37,959 nt of DNA from Candidatus Moraniibacteriota bacterium. GTDB taxonomy: Bacteria; Patescibacteriota; Minisyncoccia; Moranbacterales; DUUL01. The notes under the pieces were generated by a model. The model saw only the letters and a program-made list of their open reading frames with translations, did no database searches and was not told the origin of the DNA. Below, piece after piece: positions 7,469 to 17,073 of this stretch. The position numbers were made by a program, and so were the translations under genes. The stretch lies in NCBI GenBank assembly GCA_046497225.1, contig JAWOGA010000050.1, positions 1-37,959 of the forward strand, read 5' to 3'. The first letter of the stretch is position 1; every line of letters begins with the position of its first letter.

Positions 7469-10138
7469 CTAATCGTCATCTTTTGAAATAAACAACTTCT
7501 TTCCGATTTCATAAATCGCAAGACTAACAATAGCATAAGTCCCCAGAATCAGCCATTCTTTTACTCCCAAGGGAACAGTACCGAGCAGCTCATTTAAGAA
7601 GGGTACATAAATTGCCAAAGCGATCATTAAAAACCCAAAGACTGTTGACCAGTTCACTAGTTTATTTTCGAAGGGATTGTAGGAAAAAATAGAGCGAGTT
7701 AGTCCACGAGCTGAAAAAATATACAACCGGGAAGCTATTCCTAGACCAACAAAAGCAATTGTTTGAGAATAAGACACATCTTGCGACAACCTCCAAGCAA
7801 TAAAAAACAATAAAAATAAAAGTCCGTCAGAAATAGCGGCAAAAAATAAAATCATTTTTTTCATACTTTTATTCAAAATCATTTCTCCAAACTTGCGGGG
7901 TTTTCTTTTCATAGCATTTTTATCCGTCGGATCAAAAGCTAGAGCCATAGCAGAAAAAGGTTCTTCTATTATTTTCATCCACAAAATTTGCACTGGTAAA
8001 AGAGCCAAAGGTAGGCCAAAGAGAATGGAAAGTCCTATCAATATTATCTCTGTAAAAGAACTAGACAAAAGATACAGTGTTATTTTCTTGATGTTGTCAA
8101 AAATCCCCCTTCCTCTTTCAATAGCTTTTACAATGGTTTTAAAATTGTCATCCAGTAAAACCAAATCGGCAGTCTCCTTGGCAATATCAGTTCCGGAGCC
8201 AACCGCAACTCCAATATCGGCTTTTTTAAGCGCCGGCGCATCATTGATTCCATCTCCCGTCATGGCAACAATCTCCTTTTTGCTTTGCAGCGCTTTAATT
8301 ATGCGAATTTTGTGTTTAGGCTCCACTCGAGCAAAAATGATAATTTTATCAATGGCTTTATTTAAATCCCTGTCAGACATATTTTTCATATCCACTCCCT
8401 CTAAAACATTTTTCTCTCCAGCCTCTAAGCCGAGCTCTTTAGCAACAGCCAACGCAGTCAACTTATGATCTCCCGTGATAATCATCGGCCGAATGCCGGC
8501 ACTCCAACAAGTTTTAATCGTTTTTTTTACCTCCGGACGAATGGGATCTTTGAGTGCTATAAAGCCAACAAAGACAAAGTTTTGGAGCTTGTTTTTACTA
8601 AGACTGAAATTTTGATCATCGCCTTTTTCTTTCTTGTAAGCAAGCGCTATCACTCGCAGTCCCTGGGCGGTCAAGTTATTACACTTCTCTTCAATGGATT
8701 TCTTTTTTTCCTCCGTCATCTCTAATACTTTTCCCTCTTTATCGAAATGAGAAATGAAAGACAAAATTCTCTCCGGGGCTCCTTTAAGATATTGAACTAT
8801 TTCATTTTGACCAAATTTGTGAGCAGTCGCCATATACTTATTTTTTGACTCGAAAGGAATTTCAGCCACACGAGGCATTTCTTTTTCAAGAATCCTTCTG
8901 TTTAATCCAGCAGATATCCCTCCTAAAAGCAAGGCTTTCTCAGTCGGATTGCCCGAGATCGACCACTTGTCAACTCTCTCTTCTGAATTTTCTACAATAG
9001 CATCATTACATAATACTCCAATTTTTAAAGCAGTGACATAACTAGCATTATTTGACAAATCAACTCCTCCGGAAAAACCCTCTCCTCCAATTAATATTTC
9101 CTTTTTCTCGGTTACGATCCTGGACATCCTCATCTTCCCCTTGGTTAAAGTTCCAGTCTTATCAGAACAAATAACGGAAATTGACCCTAGAGTTTCAGTG
9201 GTAATCATTCTTCTGATTAACCCTCTCTCTTTGGCCAATTTTTGCATTCCCACAGCTAAAATAACCGTCATGGCCGGCAAAAGACCCTCGGGAATGGCTG
9301 CTACAACCATAGCAACCGAGGTTAAAAACATTTCAAAAAAAGGCTCACCCTTAAAGACACCCAGCCCGAAAATAAAAATATTAACAACAATTAAGAATAT
9401 CCCTATAATTTTACCAAAAGCAAGCATCTGCTTTTGCAAAGAAGTTGTCTCCTCTTTTGTCTCCTGAACCAAATTAGCAATTTGCCCGACTTTAGTCGTG
9501 GCTCCGATTGAAACAACAACCGCAAGTCCAGTTCCTTGGGAAACTATGGTTCCCATATAAACCATGTTTTTCCTATCGGCCATGGCGGTTTTCCTGTCTA
9601 AGGTTTTGGTGTGCTTTAAAACCGGCGTAGACTCACCCGTAAGAGCCGCTTCTTCTACTCTTAAATTTGTTGCTTCAAATAAACGCGCATCTGCCGGAAT
9701 TTTGTCTCCAGAGCTTAATTTAATAACATCTCCCGGAACAACTTCTTCCTGCTTTATAATTATTTCTTTTCCTTCTCGAAGCACCTTAGCTTTGTACTTA
9801 ATCATTTGCTTTAAACGAGAAAGAGCAGTATTAGCTTTATATTCCTGCAGAAATCCAACCACAGTATTGATTGCAATTACAGCTGAAATTATCCAACCAT
9901 CGGTATAGTGCTTGGTGGCAAAGCTGATTATTAAAGCAAAAAATAAAATATAAATTAAAGGATTTTTAAATTGACCTAAAAAAATACCCAAGACCGAAAA
10001 ACGCTTCTTTTCAGGAATTTTATTAAAACCATAAATATTCAGCCTTTTTTGGACCTCGCTAGAAGAAATTCCCTCTCTTTTTGACTTGAGTAATTGGAAG
10101 GTTTTATCAATAGAAAAATAATGGTATTTCTTTGACAT
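7469..10138 (-). CDS. P-type cation-transporting ATPase (P2-type, Ca2+/Mg2+-like)
   Basis: 889 aa. Motifs: actuator LTGESTPV, phosphorylation site CSDKTGTLT, MITGDHKLTA, hinge TGDGINDAPALKKADIGVAVG. About 10 TM segments. Confidence 0.95.
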   Translation of the reverse strand: MSKKYHYFSIDKTFQLLKSKREGISSSEVQKRLNIYGFNKIPEKKRFSVLGIFLGQFKNPLIYILFFALIISFATKHYTDGWIISAVIAINTVVGFLQEYKANTALSRLKQMIKYKAKVLREGKEIIIKQEEVVPGDVIKLSSGDKIPADARLFEATNLRVEEAALTGESTPVLKHTKTLDRKTAMADRKNMVYMGTIVSQGTGLAVVVSIGATTKVGQIANLVQETKEETTSLQKQMLAFGKIIGIFLIVVNIFIFGLGVFKGEPFFEMFLTSVAMVVAAIPEGLLPAMTVILAVGMQKLAKERGLIRRMITTETLGSISVICSDKTGTLTKGKMRMSRIVTEKKEILIGGEGFSGGVDLSNNASYVTALKIGVLCNDAIVENSEERVDKWSISGNPTEKALLLGGISAGLNRRILEKEMPRVAEIPFESKNKYMATAHKFGQNEIVQYLKGAPERILSFISHFDKEGKVLEMTEEKKKSIEEKCNNLTAQGLRVIALAYKKEKGDDQNFSLSKNKLQNFVFVGFIALKDPIRPEVKKTIKTCWSAGIRPMIITGDHKLTALAVAKELGLEAGEKNVLEGVDMKNMSDRDLNKAIDKIIIFARVEPKHKIRIIKALQSKKEIVAMTGDGINDAPALKKADIGVAVGSGTDIAKETADLVLLDDNFKTIVKAIERGRGIFDNIKKITLYLLSSSFTEIILIGLSILFGLPLALLPVQILWMKIIEEPFSAMALAFDPTDKNAMKRKPRKFGEMILNKSMKKMILFFAAISDGLLFLLFFIAWRLSQDVSYSQTIAFVGLGIASRLYIFSARGLTRSIFSYNPFENKLVNWSTVFGFLMIALAIYVPFLNELLGTVPLGVKEWLILGTYAIVSLAIYEIGKKLFISKDDD

Positions 10139-10586
10139 TTATTATTTTTTATTTTAACAGCCCCTAAGACTTCGACAATTTGGGTCAATTTGGGTTTTGA
10201 GTTTTGGTGTAATGTTTCTCCCTAAGCCCTCTATTATGATCCTACACACTACCCAGAAAGTAAGTCTAGAAATATTTGAAATAAAAAAATTATTTTTGTT
10301 CCATTTAGCATTTATCCATTCTCTCCACCTGAACCGGTAAAATAAAACATCGAACCAATAGCCCCAAGTAAGGTATTATTTTAAATGTTTTCTAAGGATC
10401 TTCTTCAAAGTCTCGTAAAAATTGAAGTAATATTGATTAATATTTTCCATTTTTTGGGACCTCGGGGATTGCGCTTTTAATCACAACTTCCAAAAAATTA
10501 AATAAGCTTTATCAAACCATCCTAAATAAATAACGCGGCTTCCAGTAAACCAAAAAGATTAAGCCAGTAATTTACTTAATTTATTA

Positions 10587-11120
10587 TTATTTGTTACTTT
10601 TCTTGGTATTCACATCGCCATTGGGCTCTAAATAGCCGTCTTTTGAATTCTTCGCTTTTTTGATATCTAATTCTTCTTTTTTGCCATCTTCTTTCATTGG
10701 TTCTCCCATTTCTCTATAAACAGCGCCTAAAACTCCGTTCACAAAACCTCCAGAACTTTCTCCTCCATAGCCCTTAGCTAACTCAATAGCCTCATTTATA
10801 GCTACCTTGGGAGGAACTTCTTCATAATCCCCAAAAAGCAACTCATAAATACCCAGCCTCAAGATATTCCTATCTACAATAGTAATCTGTTCAAGCGGCC
10901 ACTCGGGAGCGCACTTTTCAATAATGGGATCAATTATATTTCTTTTTTTTAGGATGCCTTCAATGTTTTTTTCTACAAACTTGTCGCCTTTTAATTTAGG
11001 GGCAAATTCCTCAATATTATGCTTTATAATCTCCTTTATCTCTTCATCTTTTTTCTTGTTAAAGTCCCATTCATATAAACTTTTCATTATAACAGCTCTT
11101 GCTAAGTGGCGATTTCCCAT
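10587..11120 (-). CDS. nusB: transcription antitermination factor NusB (with Lys-rich C-terminal tail)
   Basis: RHLARAVIMKSLYEWDF at the N-terminus, then AINEAIELAKGYGGESSGGFVNGVLGAV, the conserved NusB C-terminal helix region. Confidence 0.9.
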   Translation of the reverse strand: MGNRHLARAVIMKSLYEWDFNKKKDEEIKEIIKHNIEEFAPKLKGDKFVEKNIEGILKKRNIIDPIIEKCAPEWPLEQITIVDRNILRLGIYELLFGDYEEVPPKVAINEAIELAKGYGGESSGGFVNGVLGAVYREMGEPMKEDGKKEELDIKKAKNSKDGYLEPNGDVNTKKSNK

Positions 11121-11261
11121 TTTTAAAAGTTAATATTTAAGGTATTTAATCAAAAAAACAACAAATGTTTTAGCCTTATCCCGCATCCGCAAAATGCAAA
11201 TATTGCGCGCTCTTTGCACAAAATAATTACAGTTAATACAAAAGAAATAACACTTTAGATG

Positions 11262-11462
11262 TTATTTAGAGTTTTTTTTGCTTACTTTGGGAGTAATAAC
11301 TTGTTTTCCCGCATAAAAACCGCAATGAGAGCAAACTCTGTGAGGAAGAATGGGCATAGAACAATTGGAACAAAAAACGGCTTTAACCTCTTTTAGCCTC
11401 ATTTGCCCGCCTCTTCTTCTGTCTCTCCTGCTCTTATTTTGCCTTTGCTTTGGTACTGCCAT
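11262..11462 (-). CDS. rpmF: 50S ribosomal protein L32
   Basis: MAVPKQRQNKSRRDRRR N-terminus plus two CxxC pairs (CSNC, CSHC), i.e. the zinc-ribbon form of L32. Confidence 0.9.
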   Translation of the reverse strand: MAVPKQRQNKSRRDRRRGGQMRLKEVKAVFCSNCSMPILPHRVCSHCGFYAGKQVITPKVSKKNSK

Positions 11463-11597
11463 AAAAATAAATTAATTTCAAAACAATGTCTATTATAGCA
11501 AAACAAAAAAATTTAGCAAGAGCAAAATCGAAATACCCAGTTTTGACACCTTTTAATCCTAGTGTTAAAATTAAAACGTCAATGTTAAGATAAAATT

Positions 11598-13091
11598 ATG
11601 ACTCTATTGCAAAGAAGGCTTTTTATGCTTTTTTTTATAATCCTTTTTACTGCAATTGCCCCTGTGGTGGTGCTTTTTGCTAAGGGATATCGTTTCAATT
11701 TAGAAAAAGGGATTTTTGTATACAGTGGCTCAATTACCATAAAAAGTTGGCCCAGAGACGTAAACATATACTTGAATGGAAAAAGACAAAGCAACAAAAA
11801 TTACAATATAATCAACGATGCTTACACTATTAATGGAGTAAAACCGGGAAAATATACTCTCAGTTGCCGCAAGGAAGGCTACACAAACTGGGAAAAGGAG
11901 ATCTGGGTTCACTCCGGAATTTCCACCGAATTCTGGAATGTCTTACTGTTTCCCGAGGAAGATACTAGAGAAACCCTCTCTTATAACACCGCCGGAATAG
12001 AAGGATTTTTTCTTTCTCCCAGAGACCAGAAAGAGATTATTTATTTCACAAAAGACCGAGAAGGGGAATCCCGCAATGTCAAGTTATTAAACACTGAAGA
12101 TAATGAAACTTCCACCCTTTATTCCACAGACAAGCTAAACTTTTTGATTGATGAAAAAGAAAATATCGAGTGGAACTCTGATAATAAAAAGATTCTTTTT
12201 CCTTTTGAGGACCAAAATGGAGAAAAAATATATATATTAGGAGAAATGGAAGATGATGAAATTTCGGAAAGTTTCAACTTAAATCAAATTTTCAAAAAAA
12301 GCAAAGGCGCTGAATCTATCAGAAAAGTTCGTTGGATGTTCAACAAAAAAGATGAAATGGTAATTTTAACCAAGGACAAAAAACTTTATCACTTTGACTA
12401 CAAAGAGCCGGAAGAAAAAACTCTAATAAGCGATAATGTCAGCGGATTTGATTTTGCCGGAGATGAACTTTACTATTCCCAGCTCCCCAACAATATTATT
12501 TGGAAATCAAATCAAAGCAGTCTTGACAAGAAAAAACAAATTACAAATAGTAATTTCCCAACACAATCAAAAGAAGATTTTGTAGAATTAACAGCTTATG
12601 ATGAAAATAGAATTTTTGTTAAAACCAAAAATAATGAAGGTTTTTTGTTTAATAAAAATCCCAACAAGAATCAAACTGAAAAATTCAAATTATCTGAAAA
12701 TATTAAAAATGTTCAATTTTCCGATGATGGAAAAAAAATTCTTTGCTGGAATAATCATGAAATCTGGTACTATATGCTGAGAGATTGGGATATTCAACCC
12801 AAAAGAAAAAGCGGAGAAAAAATAACCATCACTCGCTTCTCCAATTCCATCAAAAATATTCAATGGATGGAAAACTATGAAAATATTATTTTTACTGTCG
12901 GTGACACTATAAAATCCATTGAAGCCGATCCTCGCAATCAACTAAACCTCAAAGATATGATTACAACCAGCCAAAGCTTCCCTGAAAAATCAGTTATTTA
13001 CGACAAGGGCAATCAAACTCTTTATTATATAAAAAATAATAAATTAAATTCGACTGTTTTGATAAACAAATTGGGTTTTCTAGGATTTTAG
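11598..13091 (+). CDS. membrane-anchored PEGA-domain protein with a beta-rich C-terminal region
   Basis: N-terminal TM (LFMLFFIILFTAIAPVVVLFA). PEGA-like module (ITIKSWPRDVNIYLNGK...YTINGVKPGKYTLSCRKEGYTNWEKEIWV). Long W/Y/N-rich C-terminal part that could be a beta-propeller (inference). Confidence 0.65.
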   Translation: MTLLQRRLFMLFFIILFTAIAPVVVLFAKGYRFNLEKGIFVYSGSITIKSWPRDVNIYLNGKRQSNKNYNIINDAYTINGVKPGKYTLSCRKEGYTNWEKEIWVHSGISTEFWNVLLFPEEDTRETLSYNTAGIEGFFLSPRDQKEIIYFTKDREGESRNVKLLNTEDNETSTLYSTDKLNFLIDEKENIEWNSDNKKILFPFEDQNGEKIYILGEMEDDEISESFNLNQIFKKSKGAESIRKVRWMFNKKDEMVILTKDKKLYHFDYKEPEEKTLISDNVSGFDFAGDELYYSQLPNNIIWKSNQSSLDKKKQITNSNFPTQSKEDFVELTAYDENRIFVKTKNNEGFLFNKNPNKNQTEKFKLSENIKNVQFSDDGKKILCWNNHEIWYYMLRDWDIQPKRKSGEKITITRFSNSIKNIQWMENYENIIFTVGDTIKSIEADPRNQLNLKDMITTSQSFPEKSVIYDKGNQTLYYIKNNKLNSTVLINKLGFLGF

Positions 13092-13386
13092 ACAATAAAC
13101 AAATAAATAAGTTAATACGGTACCAACAAAGCCCCATCAAATATGAAACAGTTGAACCTTATCATTTTGGGCTTGAAAGATAAGGTATTGCCCTTATTGT
13201 GAAGCTGAAATGAAACTTGTACGGTATTCCGAGAACACAGAAAGAATTGAAAGATTGGCTTAGTCAGAAATAAGAAATACCAAAATTTATCACCTAGAAG
13301 GAACTATCTTGCTCCACCTCTACATTCTTCTATATTCATCGGTAATTCACCCTATGTGGTCTGTTCTCTAGTTCCTGGCAGAATAG

Positions 13387-14277
13387 TTAACGTGCACCAG
13401 CACATTCAACACAACCCGAGGCCGTTTCCATTTTAATAACTTTTCCTCCTGAGCAATAAATACCCTTTTTTGTTGCCCGAGAGACGCATTTGTTGCAAGT
13501 TTTAAAACAATACGGCCAATCATCCCAACAGCTTGGGTACCATCCATTCCAATCGCAGGAGATATCTCCTCCTGCCGAACCGACTTGGTCATCTACATAC
13601 TCCTTAGTCGCCGCATCTCTTCCGCTTGTTGGCCAAGATAGATTTGATATGTCTCTATAGTTCATATCAATATCCGCACGAACGTCTATCGGCTTTTTCC
13701 AACCGGTAGGATAGATATTGTCAAGATAGATTCTGCCGACATGCAATATATTACGACCGTTCATGTCCAGGTGGTCATACATATCAATGCTACCATATCC
13801 ACTCTTATAGATATCATTTAATCTAATATCATCCACATTAGTTATGTCATGTCCTGCCATGTTCAAATTCCCTCCGGCATAGTGAGTTCCGGAGTCTCCA
13901 ATATATTCATCTTCAGCCGTCACACATCCTCCGTCTTCAATACAAATCTTGTCTCCGGATTTATACAAATCTTGCCAGCTAGAACGACAGTCATTGCCAA
14001 TGCAAACCCTATTGCCTTTGACATAAGACCAAGAATAGTCATCAGCAATTACAGCTTGGTCTCCTTCTAGTACCGTGGCTCCAATGCCGGAACTTTTGTA
14101 CTGAGGTTGGCCCCCGGTATTTATCGGCGCGCCAATGTTGCTGTTGGGCGGATTACTGGGCGGACTTACCCAGGCTTGGGTGAATTGAATAAAGACTCCT
14201 AGGGATAATCCGATGGTTACTACACCCAGCCACCAAGAGATTTGGTCGGTGATTTTTTTGAGTTTGAGGTTTTTCAT
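13387..14277 (-). CDS. membrane-anchored/secreted protein with phage-tail-fibre-like repeats and a Cys-rich C-terminus
   Basis: N-terminal TM (ISWWLGVVTIGLSLGVFIQF) followed by AWVSPPSNPPNSNIGAPINTGGQPQYK. Three repeats: NMAGHDITNVDDIRLNDIY, DMNGRNILHVGRIYLDNIY, DMNYRDISNLSWPTSGRDAATKEYVD. Ten Cys in the last ~60 aa. Confidence 0.6.
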   Translation of the reverse strand: MKNLKLKKITDQISWWLGVVTIGLSLGVFIQFTQAWVSPPSNPPNSNIGAPINTGGQPQYKSSGIGATVLEGDQAVIADDYSWSYVKGNRVCIGNDCRSSWQDLYKSGDKICIEDGGCVTAEDEYIGDSGTHYAGGNLNMAGHDITNVDDIRLNDIYKSGYGSIDMYDHLDMNGRNILHVGRIYLDNIYPTGWKKPIDVRADIDMNYRDISNLSWPTSGRDAATKEYVDDQVGSAGGDISCDWNGWYPSCWDDWPYCFKTCNKCVSRATKKGIYCSGGKVIKMETASGCVECAGAR

Positions 14278-14338
14278 TTTTTTGCTTCAGTTATTAAATA
14301 TATCTTTAAAAAATATAAGGTATTATTTTTTATTAGAT

Positions 14339-14785
14339 TTAAGACTGCTTCAGTTCTTCTAATTCCTTCAATTGCTGTTTTATTTCTTCTTCCGACATTG
14401 GTTCGCTTTCTTGCTTGAGTTTATCCAATTCTTGAAGCTGGCTTTCTATGTCAGATTCATTTATATTGTTGTCTTCTTGGGTTGGATTGGTTTCTGTTTC
14501 TTGATTGTCAGTATTTGAGTTTTCTTCACTTTCTAACTGCTTCTTTTTTTCTTTTATGGCATCCAGCTGATTTAATTGATCTTCTATTTCTTCTTGATTG
14601 AATTCTTCCTGTTCTTCTTTCTGAGCAGATTCTTCTTGTTTTTTTTGAATTTGCAGTTCTTGTTCTTTTTGGGCTTCTTTTTCTTGTCTAACCTTCTCTT
14701 GAATAGAGAGATAGATAAATACTCCCGCTATGGCAAAGAGGGTAATTCCGAGGATTAGCAAGAAGATATCTCTTTTGTTTTGCAT
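14339..14785 (-). CDS. single-pass membrane protein with an acidic E/Q-rich coiled-coil ectodomain
   Basis: 148 aa. The TM anchor FLLILGITLFAIAGVFIYLSIQEK is paralogous to that of the next gene. The rest is low-complexity E/Q/K. Confidence 0.5.
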   Translation of the reverse strand: MQNKRDIFLLILGITLFAIAGVFIYLSIQEKVRQEKEAQKEQELQIQKKQEESAQKEEQEEFNQEEIEDQLNQLDAIKEKKKQLESEENSNTDNQETETNPTQEDNNINESDIESQLQELDKLKQESEPMSEEEIKQQLKELEELKQS

Positions 14786-14875
14786 ATTTTTTTTGATTGT
14801 TTTTAAATAATCCTTGACCTTAGTTTATATTTTTTTTGGGGTGTGTCAAGGGGAGATTTTTTCTTTTTTAAATTA

Positions 14876-15649
14876 TTATTCTTGATTAACTGCTTCGTCA
14901 ATCTCCTCTTGCTGAATTTGCTCTCCTTGTTCTTGGTTGGAGTTTTCTTCCTCGGGAGCAGGAACTTGATCTGTACTAGATTCTTCCATTGCATTTTCTT
15001 TATTTGCCGGTTTTTCTTCAAACACTTCAAATTCAATTTCAGCAGCGGTCAGTTGGGTTTTTTCGCGAATATCTTCATTGGCAAGCACAGTAATATATCG
15101 GCCTTCTTTTAGGTCTTGCAAGGATGCCTCAGAGCGGTTAAAAGGTTCCGGAGGATTTTGATTTTCTTCAAAATTTTCTTCATTGAAAGCTTCCGGATTT
15201 TCGGTAAGTTTATAAATTGAAGTTTCGTCAGTAATCTTTGCAGTTCTTTCCAGTCTGGTTTTATCGGCAAGAGGCGAAACGGAATCTGTATTAATTTTTA
15301 CTTGATTGTTTCCTGTGGAAATTATTTCTCCGGAAACGGAAGTTATTTCTTCTTCACTGCTTGGAGTAAATCCTAATGCTGCCAATCTCTTTTCTGCGGC
15401 TTCCCAGCCTGCTTGGAAAGTGTCTTTACTTTCAGATTTTAGTTCTTGATAGGTTTTGATTTGCGATTCCATTTCCTCATCTTTAGGAAGATTTTTTCCG
15501 GGTTCAGTTTCATTTTCAGAAAAGGATTTTTGACTTGACTGCTGATCTCTTGCCGCTTTCTCTTGAATGGAAAGGTAGATAAAGACTCCCGCTATGGCAA
15601 AGAGAAAAATGGAAAGAAGTATCAAGACTGTATTTTTTGTACTTTGCAT
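14876..15649 (-). CDS. single-pass membrane protein with an acidic extracellular region (paralogous anchor)
   Basis: 257 aa. Anchor is VLILLSIFLFAIAGVFIYLSIQEK, followed by an acidic S/E-rich region. Confidence 0.5.
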   Translation of the reverse strand: MQSTKNTVLILLSIFLFAIAGVFIYLSIQEKAARDQQSSQKSFSENETEPGKNLPKDEEMESQIKTYQELKSESKDTFQAGWEAAEKRLAALGFTPSSEEEITSVSGEIISTGNNQVKINTDSVSPLADKTRLERTAKITDETSIYKLTENPEAFNEENFEENQNPPEPFNRSEASLQDLKEGRYITVLANEDIREKTQLTAAEIEFEVFEEKPANKENAMEESSTDQVPAPEEENSNQEQGEQIQQEEIDEAVNQE

Positions 15650-15784
15650 TTGTTTGTTTTATTTATTGATAAATAATTTACTTTCATTTTAAAAAATTTT
15701 AAGAGAAAGATCAAGCACTCTAAAGCAATCAATTTGATTTGCAGAAAAATTCTCTTTTACTGCCTCTTTTTTGTTCTTAGAAGA

Positions 15785-16930
15785 TTATTCGTTTTCTAAA
15801 TCACAAACTGGGACGCAAACAGTAGCGCAAACATCGGCGCCGGGCTCGCATCCGGATCCGCATTCATCAAATGCTCCACCCTTTTCTTCACAGTCTTTGG
15901 CCAACAAGGAGGTGTCTTGGTTTTCTTCGTAAACAATTTTATTTTCAAATTCTTCTTTTGCTTCAACTTGAGCTTCTTCTTTCAATGCCCTCAACACTTC
16001 TTCTCTTAAGCCCTGTTCTTTTTCTTGATCAACAATAGCATCTTTTTCATATCCGTTAATCATACGAAACGCCCACCCGAAAAGACTAAAGCCTTCCTCG
16101 TTTTCTTGAATAAAATTCTTCATTTCTTCTCTTTCTTCCATTAAAAGCGCAATTTGATCCTGAACAATCTGCTTATTTTCCTCATCCTCCATCTGGCTTA
16201 AAGTTTGAGTTAATTGCCTAATCTGATTTTCATTCCGAACAAGACTGCTTCTTAGTTGACCCAGGTTTTTGTAATCACTCCCTATGATAAACTCTGCCAC
16301 TCCTTTTCTTTTTTCAACTTTCTCAATCGCCCTGGAAGTATCTTCGCCCTCTTCTTGTTGCTGTTTTGCTACTTGATTTATTCTATTTTGAATTTTCTCA
16401 GATTCTCCTTGAGCTGCTTGTTGCAACCTTTGAGCTACTTCATTGGAAATTGATTTATGCAGCCCGGATTTATTTCCTTTTGATTGGGAAATTTTTTCTT
16501 CAATTTTTTGATGAGCTTTATTTAAAGTTTCTTTTGATGAGTTAATTTGCTTACCCTTGTTATCAACGCCTCTTCCGGATGCGTCTTCCTGTTTCTCTTG
16601 AATTTGTATCCGATTTTCCTGATTTTCTCCTTGATTTTTTAAATTATTATTCTCATTATTGGCATTTCCCGGAACATTTCTGCCGGAATTACCCGGGCTT
16701 TCATTATTGGAATCACCATCATTTAAATTTCTCTTTTCAACAGAAGAACTTGGGTCATCTTTCAAAGTGGGTGTATTATCTTCTTCGGTATTTTCATTGC
16801 TGTTCCCTCCGGCGTTATTAGACGGATTTACTACTTGTTGAGCATATGCCGCCCCGAGATTAAATACCAAGGCTCCCAAAAAACTCACTGCAACAAAAGA
16901 TAGTACTTTTTTACTTATTATTATTTTCAT
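15785..16930 (-). CDS. secreted low-complexity/coiled-coil protein with a Cys-rich C-terminal knot
   Basis: Signal-peptide-like N-terminus (SFVAVSFLGALVFNLGAAYA/QQ). N/E/Q-rich middle. C-terminus is CEEKGGAFDECGSGCEPGADVCATVCVPVCDLENE (8 Cys). Confidence 0.55.
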   Translation of the reverse strand: MKIIISKKVLSFVAVSFLGALVFNLGAAYAQQVVNPSNNAGGNSNENTEEDNTPTLKDDPSSSVEKRNLNDGDSNNESPGNSGRNVPGNANNENNNLKNQGENQENRIQIQEKQEDASGRGVDNKGKQINSSKETLNKAHQKIEEKISQSKGNKSGLHKSISNEVAQRLQQAAQGESEKIQNRINQVAKQQQEEGEDTSRAIEKVEKRKGVAEFIIGSDYKNLGQLRSSLVRNENQIRQLTQTLSQMEDEENKQIVQDQIALLMEEREEMKNFIQENEEGFSLFGWAFRMINGYEKDAIVDQEKEQGLREEVLRALKEEAQVEAKEEFENKIVYEENQDTSLLAKDCEEKGGAFDECGSGCEPGADVCATVCVPVCDLENE

Positions 16931-17073
16931 TTTCTTTTTTTAATTTTTATTAAAATCTACCTATAAAAAATATTACCATTTTAAAAAAATATGTCAAAAT
17001 TTCCTATTTCTGCTTTTTTAAAAATATTTTTCAAACTTCAAAATTATTTGATAATATTTTGATTTAATTTAAA

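Noticed and set aside
7893-9908. Several 86-191-aa plus-strand ORFs nested in the P-type ATPase gene. Similar antisense ORFs are nested in rpoD, dnaG, tsaD, the VirD4-like gene, nfo, pyk and htpX.
   Set aside because: They lie antisense to strongly supported genes and have low-complexity S/F/L/I-rich translations with no motifs. I treat them as shadow ORFs.
13092-13386. Possible gene remnant. A short frame reads KIRYCPYCEAEMKLVRYSENTERIERLA, which resembles a zinc-ribbon fragment.
   Set aside because: It has a stop codon immediately upstream and no start codon, is only ~27 codons long, and has a single CxxC. That is insufficient to call a pseudogene.
13368-13592. 74-aa minus-strand ORF overlapping the 3' end of the tail-fibre-like gene in another frame.
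   Set aside because: It is fully nested in or overlapping the longer ORF, which carries the Cys-rich domain in frame. It has no independent support.
14803-15112. Track ORFs of 77 aa (minus strand) and 89 aa (plus strand) at the junction of the two acidic membrane-protein genes.
   Set aside because: They overlap the 3' end of the 257-aa gene and give low-complexity K-rich or F/L-rich translations of an A/T-rich repeat region.
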